From assembly GCA_963674865.2 (NCBI GenBank), contig CAXXYE010000009.1, forward strand, positions 1,792,001 through 1,856,000: 64,000 nucleotides of DNA, read 5' to 3'. This DNA is from Candidatus Hydrogenedentota bacterium (GTDB lineage Bacteria > Hydrogenedentota > Hydrogenedentia > Hydrogenedentales > SLHB01). Numbering within the stretch: the stretch's first letter is position 1; each line of letters begins with the position of its first letter. This document shows, piece after piece, positions 55,701 through 64,000 of this stretch. Under the pieces are notes generated by a model, which saw only the letters and a program-made list of their open reading frames with translations, was not told where the DNA came from and ran no database searches. Made by a program: the position numbers and the translations under genes.

Positions 55701-58307
55701 AATCCCGATGGCCAGACGTCGAGCGCGGTTACCGTGAACTACCAGGCGGAGCCGTCCATCACCGCAGTCGCTACGGGCATTACGGTGGCGGACGTTGTGG
55801 GCGACGTGGTCCCGGCGACCATCGCTGTGCCGTTCACCGCAACCGTTACCAACTGCGTTATCGACTCGACGAACGCAGCGACGTTGGGAAGCGGCGCGCC
55901 GACGGTGACTTTCGCCATAACAACGCCGGCGGAGTCCTTCGACGCAACCGGGGTGGCGTGCTCCAGCGATACGTCGTTGGCGGGCACGACGCCCGGGACG
56001 TTCACCAACACGACGGATCAGGTGGCCACGGTGACTATCGTGGACGTGTATGGGCAGACCGGCACGGCTTCGGCGAATATCACCGTGACTGCGCCGCCGA
56101 CGTTGACGGAGTTCCAGGCCACCTTCAATCCCACGTATGGGCCGTTCACGGATCGGGACATCTTCCCGTCCACGGTGGCTTCGACGTTTGCCCTTACGGG
56201 CACCAATCTCCGCAGCGGGGCTGATGTCGAGTTCTTCGAGGACAGCTCCTTGGCCACGTCTCTGGGTGCGCAGGGCGCAACAAGCAGTGGGTCGAACACC
56301 GAGGTGACGGGCACGACGCCCACCATCAGCCCGGCGCTGACGGCCCACCTGACGGACGTGAGCGTGGTGCTCACCAACACGGACGGCCAGTCGAACCAGA
56401 CGCCGTTGTCGGGCATCAAGGCCGTTGCGCCGCCTGAGATTACCAGTGTGGCCAACAAGGATAGCGGCCTAATGGCGATGTTCGTTGCCAACGGCCCCGA
56501 GCGCAGCTTGTACGATGGGAGCGCGGGGCAGGCGTTGACGTTCGAGATCACCGGCACGAACCTCGATAGCAGCTCGCCGAATCCGCTTTACACGTCTCGT
56601 CCGGGCGCGGCCTTCCTGAGTCTGGGCGGCGGTGCGGTAGCTATCGACGGCACCCGCGGCACCGGGCCTTATCCGGACGCCGACGACGCCACGGGCGGCG
56701 ATGATCAGGGCCGGATCGCGAGCGATACGGCGGTGGAGTTCGAGCTTCAGGACAACGGCAATACCGATACCTACGGCTCGGAGCTGTTGGCTGATGTCTT
56801 CGGCTACCTGGACGTGATCAGTCTCACGGACTACACCGGCCAAGTTACGAGCGCGGGCATCGAGGACGCCATGCTGACGGCTCGCGGCTTCGCGAACGTG
56901 GGCGAAGGCCACGCGGTGGCGCTGGCGACGGGCAACCTCGATGGTTCAGCCGCCAAGTTCCCGGGCGACGAAGGCGCCGACCTGGTCGTGTTGACGAGTA
57001 GTGGGCTTTACGGTTCTCACGTTGACGTGTTTTACGGTACGTACGGCGAGGCGCTGCCCATCGATCCGGATGAGACATCGGACATCCCGTCCTTTGGTGA
57101 TGACGGTTTGACGACGTACGGGTCGCGCAACATGCTCATCACGGACTTCAACGGGGATGGCTACGGCGACCTCTTTGTCGGGATACCGGACTATAATTTC
57201 ATCGATAACTACGCCGGCGATGGCGAGGCAGGCGCCGTTTTCGTTTGGTACGGCACCGCCTCGGGCATCGATGCCGGTTCGGATGGCCCGGATATCACCA
57301 TCTTGGGCGAGGACGCGATCGATTACGGTCCGCATACCGGCACCGAAGGCTTCGGGGCCGCGCTGGCCACCGGCGATTTCAACGGAGATACGCTGCCTGA
57401 CCTCGCGGTGGGCGCGCCCGGCCAGTACGGCAAGGACGGTACGAAGACGTCGTCCGGCGTTGTCCATCTGTACCTGGGCAACGTCGATGGGATCACCTCG
57501 GCCGCGGCCGACCTGGTGTTCGAGGTGACGGGTACGCCCGCCTCCGGCGACCGCAGCGACAACTTCGGGCTCGGCATCGCCATGGGCGACGTGGACGGCG
57601 ACGGGGACGATGATCTCTTCGCCGGGGCGCCGGGATTCAACGGCCTCGCGGGCGACGATCTCGGCCGTGTGTGGATGTTTGAGGCGGACAGTAATCTGGA
57701 CGCCGCGAGCGACCGCACCTTTACCGGCGCGTCCACGGGCGCCACATTGGCCTATCCGAGTATCGCCGATGTCAACGGCGACGCGTACGCCGACCTTCTC
57801 ATCGGCGCGCCGGCGTTTGGCGTTGGCGGCGGCGAACTGAGGCTGTACATAGGCCAAGTCGACGCCGTTACCGGCGTGTTTGTCGTGACGCCGCCCTCAG
57901 GCGGCGATCCTGCCGGCGACGGCTCGCTCGTGATGAGCGCCAGTCCCACGCACTACACGCTTGGTACGTGCGCGGGCACGAAGCCCATCAGTTGGGCGGA
58001 CGGCATCGTTGTCTCGGCGGCGAACCTTGCGGGGCCAACGCTCGTTAACGGCCGCGTCGAGCGGTTCCTGGCTCAGTCCATCACGAAGGCGTTCACGTAT
58101 GACTTCGTCTCCGTCGAGACGCTCGACAGGCCGGAGGACCTCTTGCCGCATGCCGATGAGCAGTATGGCGCGTACGTGGAGGCCGCCAACGTCATCGATA
58201 CCGACGAATCCGGCCCGGATATCTTCATCAACATCCCCAGCGTCTCCGATGGCGATCGCTCGGGCTTCCTAGTGGTCTATCCGAGCGCGAAGACGCCTGT
58301 GAAATAG
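52767..58307 (+). CDS. Large surface lipoprotein with IPT/TIG repeats and C-terminal FG-GAP (integrin-alpha-like) repeats
   Basis: LTGC lipobox after AGGAGG; repeated P.V..V.P...TITG.NF...V.V...DGQ; DFNGDGYGDL, GDFNGD.LPDLAVGAP, GDVDGDGDDDL. Confidence 0.85.
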   Translation: MLRFPLIRTFSTVLFTAMATMALTGCPTPPPHVSAVTPNVIPSTIAMTLTLTGEDFVDGATVTFTRADGVTVIGTVAATFVSDDELTVVSPTTTAITSVESVAVTVTNPDDLVSNAVNVSYTPPPSVLTVAPTSVPATIATAVTLTGESFESPAQVRFRRPDSTLIGTVSGTVVDANTITCTTPTDATVTSDTAVQVEVLNPDGQASIDVVKAVGTVTYLAPPTVTAVAPDPIRASIAESVILSGTNFEAGTSVAFDLPFSGSTAAGSVSVDSATQISCTSPLEASLTTDTSVTVTVTAPDGQSATGSVIYAAPPTIAVVAPDPVRASIAESVTITGTNFDTGSTVAFALPISGSTAAGGVSVDSATQITCTSPLEAGLTTDTSVTVTVTAADGQSATDSVVYAAPPSVSVIAPDPIRATIAESVTITGANFDTGSAVAFGLPLSGSTAGSGVSVDSATQISCTSPLEAGLTSDTSVTVTVTAADGQSGSGTVTYSAPPVVTTVDPDPIRATVAESVTITGANFETGSTVAFELPDSGTTAAGSVIVDSATQISCTSPLETSLAADTPVAVTVTAPDGQAGSGTVTYSAGPNVDLVSPHEVPTQFVFPVVISGTGFKTGASVTFGGVAATGIVVDSATQIRCNSPAQPSITAPTAVDVIVTNTDGQTSEDTTKISGIVTYYPPPVANSISATNVPATISTSLTITGQYFRGVPLPDAVGNTTVIFREQVSLNIIDSVDAVVVDSNTLTCNSPVRLGLLTDLDVTVQVVGPQGQAQSTTAFNVVYDAPPVLDSALFTPDPVTSTISQSFAITGGANFNPTGADVIFRRMDQDADFGTVTVTPTSDTQIDGSSGGGTGTPTITSPVIESDITVEVRVRNSDDNQVSENSLSITYTAPPAITSVLNTALGGPEVPATIATGVTITGRNFATGATTSFALPVLGATPGSSTTVDSSTQISDTTPPEGSGNLTADAAVGVTVSNPDGQTSSAVTVNYQAEPSITAVATGITVADVVGDVVPATIAVPFTATVTNCVIDSTNAATLGSGAPTVTFAITTPAESFDATGVACSSDTSLAGTTPGTFTNTTDQVATVTIVDVYGQTGTASANITVTAPPTLTEFQATFNPTYGPFTDRDIFPSTVASTFALTGTNLRSGADVEFFEDSSLATSLGAQGATSSGSNTEVTGTTPTISPALTAHLTDVSVVLTNTDGQSNQTPLSGIKAVAPPEITSVANKDSGLMAMFVANGPERSLYDGSAGQALTFEITGTNLDSSSPNPLYTSRPGAAFLSLGGGAVAIDGTRGTGPYPDADDATGGDDQGRIASDTAVEFELQDNGNTDTYGSELLADVFGYLDVISLTDYTGQVTSAGIEDAMLTARGFANVGEGHAVALATGNLDGSAAKFPGDEGADLVVLTSSGLYGSHVDVFYGTYGEALPIDPDETSDIPSFGDDGLTTYGSRNMLITDFNGDGYGDLFVGIPDYNFIDNYAGDGEAGAVFVWYGTASGIDAGSDGPDITILGEDAIDYGPHTGTEGFGAALATGDFNGDTLPDLAVGAPGQYGKDGTKTSSGVVHLYLGNVDGITSAAADLVFEVTGTPASGDRSDNFGLGIAMGDVDGDGDDDLFAGAPGFNGLAGDDLGRVWMFEADSNLDAASDRTFTGASTGATLAYPSIADVNGDAYADLLIGAPAFGVGGGELRLYIGQVDAVTGVFVVTPPSGGDPAGDGSLVMSASPTHYTLGTCAGTKPISWADGIVVSAANLAGPTLVNGRVERFLAQSITKAFTYDFVSVETLDRPEDLLPHADEQYGAYVEAANVIDTDESGPDIFINIPSVSDGDRSGFLVVYPSAKTPVK
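53430..54533 (+). repeat. Four tandem 276-bp (92-aa) IPT/TIG coding repeats
   Basis: Unit starts at 53430, 53706, 53982 and 54258; shared VDSATQI(S/T)CTSPLE. Confidence 0.9.
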
Positions 58308-58477
58308 GGCCCATACGCGGCTGAGTCGTGGCTTGTCGATTCGACACGGCCGGGATCGCGAGAGCGCTCCCGGCCGTTCTATGTGACGGCTCCTTCGCGG
58401 GTGGACGAGCTACGCAGATTCTCAGGCAACTGAGGCAGCCTTTGGCCGGTAGGCGTTCGGTATGGTAGTATCCGCCG

Positions 58478-59755
58478 ATGTTTGGTTTCAGAAAACGGCG
58501 AAAACGCGCGCTGGTGCTCGGTATGGACGGCGTGCCGGAGCCGCTCGTCCGGCGTCTGGCCGAAGAGGGCGTCATGCCCTTCATGGGCGAGTTGCTCCGC
58601 CGCGGGACGCTTCACCGGATGCGCTCCGCCCTGCCCGAGGTCTCGAACGTCAACTGGTCGTCCTTCATGTGCGGCGCGAATCCGGGCCAACACGGCATCT
58701 TCGGCTTCACGGACCTCAGGCCCGGCTCTTACGCGATGACGTTCCCGTCCTTTCCCGACTTGGCCACGGATACGCTTTGGGACGCGTTGGGCGCGGCGGG
58801 CAAGCGGTGCCTCGTTATCAACCAGCCCGGTTGCTATCCTGTCCGTAGCATTCCCGGGGCGGTGGTATCAGGCTTTGTGGCCGTCGATCTGAAGCGCGCC
58901 GTGTCGCCGCAGGCGCATCTGGCTCCTCTCCAACGGATGGCGTACAAGATCGACGTCGACACACGCCTTTGCCGGGATGATGCGGACGCGCTCTTCCGCG
59001 AACTCGACGCGTGTCTGGCCGCGCGGAAGGCCGCGGCTGAGTATTTCCTGCCGCTCGAATCGTGGGACTTCGCCGAAGTGATCATCACGGGAACGGATCG
59101 GCTCCAGCACTTCCTCTGGACTTCCTGCGCCGGCGCCGGCCCTGAACGCGAGCGCGCCCTGGCGTACTACGCCCGGTGCGACGCCCTTTGTCGGGAGTTG
59201 ACGGAGATGTTCTACGGCAAGGACGAGCCGGAAGGCCTGTTCATGCTGTCCGACCACGGCTTCACGGCGGTTGAGAAGGAGTTCAACCTGAATGCCTGGC
59301 TCCGCGATGAAGGCTACCTGAGCTTCGAGAAGGAGCCGCCCGAGTCCTACGCAGACATCTCAGGCGTGTCCGTCGCCTTCGCGATGGATCCCGGCCGGAT
59401 CTACCTCCACCGTGAGGGGCGCTATCCGAAGGGCGGCGTCGAGGATGATGGTGTCTTGGGCGAGATCAGGGAGAAGCTCGAGGCGCTCGAGTACGGCGGG
59501 GAGCGGGTGTTCCAGCGCGTGTGGCTACGGGACGAGATCTATAGCGGGGAGCAGACTCCCAAGGGCCCGGACCTCGTCTGTACGCCGCGCAGGGGAATTG
59601 ACGTGAAGGGGGCCATCAAGCGGCGGGAGCAGTTCACCGACACGCATTTCACCGGTATGCACACGTGGGATGACGCCTTCTTCTGGAGCGCCGAGCGTCA
59701 CGACGACCTCACCATCAGCGACCTCCGGCGGATCGTCTGCGATTACCTCACCTGA
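58478..59755 (+). CDS. Type I phosphodiesterase/nucleotide pyrophosphatase family protein
   Basis: LGMDG, PEVS..NWSS, NPGQHGIFGF, TDRLQH, SDHGF, GMH. Confidence 0.88.
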   Translation: MFGFRKRRKRALVLGMDGVPEPLVRRLAEEGVMPFMGELLRRGTLHRMRSALPEVSNVNWSSFMCGANPGQHGIFGFTDLRPGSYAMTFPSFPDLATDTLWDALGAAGKRCLVINQPGCYPVRSIPGAVVSGFVAVDLKRAVSPQAHLAPLQRMAYKIDVDTRLCRDDADALFRELDACLAARKAAAEYFLPLESWDFAEVIITGTDRLQHFLWTSCAGAGPERERALAYYARCDALCRELTEMFYGKDEPEGLFMLSDHGFTAVEKEFNLNAWLRDEGYLSFEKEPPESYADISGVSVAFAMDPGRIYLHREGRYPKGGVEDDGVLGEIREKLEALEYGGERVFQRVWLRDEIYSGEQTPKGPDLVCTPRRGIDVKGAIKRREQFTDTHFTGMHTWDDAFFWSAERHDDLTISDLRRIVCDYLT

Positions 59756-59790
59756 TCCGCCAATACGCGCGCCTCGGCAATGGTTCTTTT

Positions 59791-59829
59791 TGGACAGGAT
59801 TTACAGGATTCACAGAATTGATCCTGGGA
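59791..59829. repeat. Nonamer repeat (ACAGGATTT-type)
   Basis: GACAGGATT TACAGGATT CACAGAATT; similar tract at 32955-32984. Confidence 0.55.
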
Positions 59830-59940
59830 ATCCCGGTGCGCGAATGACGCAGGCGCGATTATCTGCGCTCCATCCACGCCCGCTCGCCTGACGGGCCGAT
59901 CCGGCCGGCCTCATCAGTACCGGCGGAATTCGGGGACGCA

Positions 59941-60879
59941 TCATCGGCGGGCGCCCGCCCAGCGCATGAAGCCTATGGCCGCGTGCCGGGCCATTCCGTA
60001 CACGGCGAAGGCAACAAGGGCATAGATCACCAAGAACAAGAAGCTGAATCCGAGCCCTTTAGCTATGGGGGGCCATGGTGTAGCATTCGATGAGTAGAGG
60101 ATCAGTACTATGCGGCGGATGTCTCTTACTGACGATGACAGCCACATCCAGATGATCCACAGGCCCGCCGCGCCAGCCACAGCGCGGACTTTTCGTGGCG
60201 GCCTATCGCACCACCAGAGCCATGCCATGCAATTGAGCACTGGAGAGACCACCGTGACGATCAGGATGAGTCGCGAGAGGTCTGCGCTTCTGGCCAAGGC
60301 TGCCGGCGCCGAGCTTATGTGCGGCTGTGGTATTGGCGCGAACGACTGCAAGATTAGCAAGATGACTATGGAACCTACGAAGTACGCAGGACGCCGCGTG
60401 ATGAACCATGGCGTATGGCCCGTGTCAAGACGGCGTTGCCAGTACCAGAGCAGCAACCATGAGACGAGGGCGCTCAGGACGCCGGTAGCAGCATACATTG
60501 CCAAGAAACCAGTAAGCCCGCGAGCAGGCGGCCACAAGAGTAACACGGCGCTTGCCAGGCAGAGGCAAACGACGCTTATTCCCGTTGTGGCGATCAGCGC
60601 TGCGGCAAGCCGCCGGGCCAGGCTTACGTCGGCTTCGTAGGCGTGGACGTCTTGCAGTAGTCCCTTGATGGCCGCCGGATCGCCGAAGTGCTCGCGGACA
60701 AGTATGAGGGCGTCTTCCTCGGTGAGTGCCTCCTCGCCGTCGAGGTAGGCTATCAGCTTGTCCTCCATGTGATCATAGAGTTCCTCCTGGATTTCCGCGT
60801 CCAGATGGTGGGCCACGGAGATCTTCTTGCACAGGGCCCGAACGGCCGTGCTCGCATCAGGACTCAGTCTGTCAGTCAT
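59941..60879 (-). CDS. Membrane protein with 'permease prefix domain 1'-type N-terminus
   Basis: IQEELYDHMED...EEDA...V.EHFGDP, followed by about 6 TMs; coupled to PadR. Confidence 0.75.
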   Translation of the reverse strand: MTDRLSPDASTAVRALCKKISVAHHLDAEIQEELYDHMEDKLIAYLDGEEALTEEDALILVREHFGDPAAIKGLLQDVHAYEADVSLARRLAAALIATTGISVVCLCLASAVLLLWPPARGLTGFLAMYAATGVLSALVSWLLLWYWQRRLDTGHTPWFITRRPAYFVGSIVILLILQSFAPIPQPHISSAPAALARSADLSRLILIVTVVSPVLNCMAWLWWCDRPPRKVRAVAGAAGLWIIWMWLSSSVRDIRRIVLILYSSNATPWPPIAKGLGFSFLFLVIYALVAFAVYGMARHAAIGFMRWAGARR

Positions 60880-61201
60880 TGTGCATCTCCCCAAGACGCA
60901 GAACCATTTGGCTAAAGGCGTTCCACTCCTTCGTGCGTTCGGCGAGGGCCTCTCTGCCTTCAGCGGTGATGTAGTAGTACTTGCGGCGACGCCCGGTATC
61001 GGCTTGTTGCCATTGCGTGCGCACGAGCTTGGCCTTCTCCAGCTTGTGCAATACCGGATAAAGCGTGCCTTCCTGCCAGAGAAAGACGCCCTCGGCCTCT
61101 GCGTTGAGACTTCTGACTATCTCGTAGCCGTAGCTCGCGCTCTTGGCCAAGACGCCGAGCACGAGGAGGCCGGTCGATGCGCCAACGAGTTCCTTGTTCA
61201 C
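60872..61201 (-). CDS. PadR-family transcriptional regulator
   Basis: SYGYEI, EGTLYPVLHKLE, RRRKYY.IT..G, W. Confidence 0.92.
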   Translation of the reverse strand: MNKELVGASTGLLVLGVLAKSASYGYEIVRSLNAEAEGVFLWQEGTLYPVLHKLEKAKLVRTQWQQADTGRRRKYYYITAEGREALAERTKEWNAFSQMVLRLGEMHND

Positions 61202-61214
61202 GACGGACGCCCTC

Positions 61215-61265
61215 CATACCAAGAAGTTCTAGCCATAGTATGCCAAGAACTTCTTAGTATGTCAA
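61215..61265 (-). promoter_or_regulatory. Sigma-70 promoter overlapped by a 47-bp palindrome (putative PadR operator)
   Basis: Minus strand TTGACA (61265-61260), N17, CATACT (61242-61237); palindrome CATACCAAGAAGTTCTAGCCATA-G-TATGCCAAGAACTTCTTAGTATG. Confidence 0.75.
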
Positions 61266-61289
61266 GGGTGCCTGAATTCGCTGTCGCCC

Positions 61290-61682
61290 TGGTGGTTTGA
61301 GTCTCGCTAACGGCGTCTTGTTCTTGCCGCGAAAAGCGGGGACAGAGGAGCTATTGAAAAAGTCCGGAGTTGCTGCACGCAGGCCGCGAAAGGACCTGGG
61401 ACAGTCCCGTCTTCGTCCGCCTGCGGCGGACTCCGCTTGGGACAGTCCCGGTCTTTCGCTCAACTTCTGGGGCGAATGCGACTTCCTCAACAGCAGAAAC
61501 ACATCTGCGTCCGGCCGCGGCGGACTCGGGCAGAGGACAAACGCAGGAATCGGAAACCTGGGACAGTCCCGTCTTCGTCCGCCTGCGGCGGACTCCGCTT
61601 GGGACAGTTCCCGTTCTTCGCTTCTTCTTGGCGGTTCTGCGTCTTTGCAGATGAGTGCCTTCGATGATGGGTCACGACACTG
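61290..61682 (+). mobile_element. MITE-A interrupted by MITE-B, plus an extra core copy (61560-61612)
   Basis: TGGTGGTTTGAGTCT...GGGGACAGA[MITE-B]...TGGGTCACGACACTG. Confidence 0.75.
61347..61494 (+). mobile_element. MITE-B with degenerate right end
   Basis: GGAGCTATTGAAAAAGTC...GACTTCCTCAACAGC. Confidence 0.88.
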
Positions 61683-61709
61683 GGGTGAGCCGCCAAGCGG
61701 CCCGTCCGA

Positions 61710-62876
61710 TCAATACCGGCCGAATTCCTGGAGGGCTTCCCACATGGCCATGATGTTCTCGGGGGGGACTTCGCTCTGGATGTTGTGAACGGTGTTGAAG
61801 ACGTATCCGCCGCCGGGCGCGAGGGCATCGAGGTTGCGCTTCACATCGTCGCGCACTTCCTGCGGCGTGCCGTTGGGGAGGACATGTTGCGTATCCACGC
61901 CGCCGCCCCAGAACGTCAATGCGTCGCCGAAGTCTCGCTTGAGCGCCACCGGCTCCATCCCGGCCGCGGCCACGTGGATGGGATTGAGGATGTCTACGCC
62001 GGCTTCGATGAAATCGGGCAGGAAGGGCCGGACGCTTCCGCAGGAATGGAAGAAGAGGAGGGCGTTTGGCGCGGCCTTCTTGATGGCGGCGAACAGGCGC
62101 ATCTGGTGCGGTTTGAAAGATTGCAGGTACTGATCGTGTGAGATGAGCTGCGATTGCTGCGTGCCGTAGTCGTCGTTCTCCGCGATCACGTCGACCACGT
62201 CGCCCAATTCGGCGAGGGCCATTTCCCAGAAGGCGATCTTGAGGTCGGCCAGTTTCCCGATGAGTTTGTCGGAGAATTCGGGATACAGCATGGGGTCCAT
62301 GAGCGCGTTCTGCATGCCTCGGACGCGCTGCGACATCTCGAATAAGCCGGCAGCCAAGCCTTTGAGCGCGACGAGCTTGCCCGCCTTCCGAAAGGCAAGG
62401 GCCTGTCTGCGCAGGCCTTCGATGCGCTTGGGATTGGCGGCGTCGGGCCAGGCGTGGCCGTCTACGGAAGCCGGTTCGGGCGGGGCGTCGGCGAGGGGCT
62501 CGGCGACAATGGTGAACCAATGGCCGTGCTCTTTGGGGAAGCGGTGGGTGATGGCCCATTCGTCGTGATAGCGCCAAGCGTCGCCGCCGTCTTCGAGTTG
62601 CTCGTAGACGTTCCAGTTGTGGCTGGTGAGTGGGAAGAGGCCGCGCGTGTCCACTTGGAGCCGTTCGAGGAGGTCTTCGTGGGGCGTCACGATCTGCTGG
62701 ATCACGTCGCACCATACGGGCTCCACGGCGGGTAGGCCGAGGTGTCGGCGGAGGTTCTGATATGCGCCGTTCGAGATGCCCGTTACCTGCGTGCTCGCCA
62801 GGTCGTAGGGGACGCGGTCGGGCTCCTCGTGGCGCAGGGTCTTCAGCATCCGGTCGCGCGAGGTCATGTCGGCCAT
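61710..62876 (-). CDS. Uroporphyrinogen decarboxylase/MtaA-like family protein
   Basis: MTSRDR...HEEPDRVP, DDYGTQ, FHSCG, FWGGGVDTQ..LP.GTP, HNIQ. Confidence 0.88.
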   Translation of the reverse strand: MADMTSRDRMLKTLRHEEPDRVPYDLASTQVTGISNGAYQNLRRHLGLPAVEPVWCDVIQQIVTPHEDLLERLQVDTRGLFPLTSHNWNVYEQLEDGGDAWRYHDEWAITHRFPKEHGHWFTIVAEPLADAPPEPASVDGHAWPDAANPKRIEGLRRQALAFRKAGKLVALKGLAAGLFEMSQRVRGMQNALMDPMLYPEFSDKLIGKLADLKIAFWEMALAELGDVVDVIAENDDYGTQQSQLISHDQYLQSFKPHQMRLFAAIKKAAPNALLFFHSCGSVRPFLPDFIEAGVDILNPIHVAAAGMEPVALKRDFGDALTFWGGGVDTQHVLPNGTPQEVRDDVKRNLDALAPGGGYVFNTVHNIQSEVPPENIMAMWEALQEFGRY

Positions 62877-62877
62877 G

Positions 62878-63990
62878 CTACTTCGCCGCCTCCTGTGGGG
62901 TTTGGCCATAGGGTGGATTCGAGAAGGCGCCCGGAGCGAGTCCGAGGGCCTCTTCGTAGATTGCCAGGGCGTTCTCGACGGGATTGTCGGCCTGGATGCA
63001 ATGGGCCGGGGCGAAGATATAGCCGCCGCCCTTGGCCATGACATTGAGTCGATGGCGGGCCTCCGCGCGGCAGGCGTCCACGGTGCCGAAGGGAAGCGTT
63101 TGCTGCGTGCTGATCAATCCGCAGAAGGTGAGCTTGTCGCCGAACTCGGCTTTGATCTCCTCCGGGTTCATGCCCGCGGGCTCGGGCTGCATGGCGTCGA
63201 GCACGTCGAGTCCCATGTCGATGAACCGGGCCATGAGCTTCCGGGTGTCGCCGCAGGAGTGCATCATGGCTTTGCAGCCGTAGTCGTGGGCGAGGTCATA
63301 GAAACGCTTGAGCCGGGGGACGAAGAACGCGTCGAACACCTCGAAAGGGAACATCGGGCCGGCCTGATTGCCGCAGTCTTCGCCGAGGCACAGGATGTCG
63401 ATCTTTCCCTTTCCTGCTTCGAGGGTGCGCCGCTGCAGTTCGAAGAGCACGTCGCACCGCTTGTCGATAACGGCCACTCCGACGGGGTCCTGCGTCATGA
63501 TGTCCATCATGACGCGCTGCATGCCGCGGCCGCGGCTGACGCCGTTGAGAATGTCGGGCGTGCCCGCCCCGCCGCAGCACACGGCGTAGTCGGCGACGGC
63601 TTCGCATTGGGCCTCGACGGTAGAGAAATCGTAGTTGTCGGGATCGGGCCAGCGATAGGCCTCGAACTCCGCCATCGTGTTGATCTCGGCCAGGGCCAGG
63701 TGGCTCGGTTCGGGATACGAGCCGCCGTGGCCGTGGTCGAACATCTTGTAGCCGATGCCCCACTCGTCGGTGAAGTCGGAGCCTTCCGGCGTGGGGAAGG
63801 GCTCGCCGCGGTACTGGGCGCTTACGCCCCGGAAATCGACGCCAAAGATCTCGAGCAGCTCGGCGTGCTTCTCGACGCCGAAATGCTTCATCAGCTTGTC
63901 CCGGATCTCGGGCGTGAGGTACGTCTGGATCGGTACGCGATCCGGCTCTCTGTGCGCGATGGCCGTCAGTACCCGTTCTTTCGGGGTCAT
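62878..63990 (-). CDS. Uroporphyrinogen decarboxylase/MtaA-like family protein
   Basis: MTPKERV...HREPDRVP, DEWG, HSCG, ISTQQTLPFGT, APAHCIQ. Confidence 0.88.
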   Translation of the reverse strand: MTPKERVLTAIAHREPDRVPIQTYLTPEIRDKLMKHFGVEKHAELLEIFGVDFRGVSAQYRGEPFPTPEGSDFTDEWGIGYKMFDHGHGGSYPEPSHLALAEINTMAEFEAYRWPDPDNYDFSTVEAQCEAVADYAVCCGGAGTPDILNGVSRGRGMQRVMMDIMTQDPVGVAVIDKRCDVLFELQRRTLEAGKGKIDILCLGEDCGNQAGPMFPFEVFDAFFVPRLKRFYDLAHDYGCKAMMHSCGDTRKLMARFIDMGLDVLDAMQPEPAGMNPEEIKAEFGDKLTFCGLISTQQTLPFGTVDACRAEARHRLNVMAKGGGYIFAPAHCIQADNPVENALAIYEEALGLAPGAFSNPPYGQTPQEAAK

Positions 63991-64000
63991 AGGCTTGGCG

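Noticed and set aside
1..64000. Autonomous transposase, integrase, reverse transcriptase or prophage genes
   Set aside because: No DDE, HUH, tyrosine/serine recombinase, RT or phage structural motifs recognised in the ORF track; enzymes mobilising the repeats must be encoded elsewhere.

Overview
A GC-rich bacterial chromosomal window. The Gly-Glu repeat protein, the H-X9-DG-like paralogs and the many sugar/sulfatase-type genes suggest Candidatus Hydrogenedentota or a PVC-like lineage; this taxonomy is inference. Housekeeping and accessory genes: tRNA-Arg(CCG), PP2C phosphatase, a GH5 fusion, MacAB-type efflux, a sugar ABC transporter, MurJ, a hybrid PAS kinase, a sigma-54 activator with TauE and porin genes, oxidoreductases, a CDF transporter, PPi-type PFK, a heparinase-like protein, a giant IPT/FG-GAP lipoprotein, PadR and two URO-D-family genes. 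The most notable signals are four. (1) A nested, target-specific system of non-autonomous elements: a ~151-bp MITE with IS1182/IS5-like ends inserts with a 5-bp duplication at GGGACAG(A/T) inside a palindromic core. That core is carried by a second ~170-bp MITE, occurs alone, and is also present inside the inserting MITE. (2) A C5-methyltransferase/DUF4928-like/Vsr cassette bracketed by a 36-bp direct repeat of a gene 3' end, with no integrase. (3) A sulfotransferase divergent from a flippase-like plus Thr-nucleophile 'sulfatase' fusion, near a TIGR03663-like membrane protein, possibly a trans-membrane surface-modification relay. (4) Several deletion-scarred pseudogenes among dense REP-like repeats. 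Family assignments come from motif recognition only; no database search was run.
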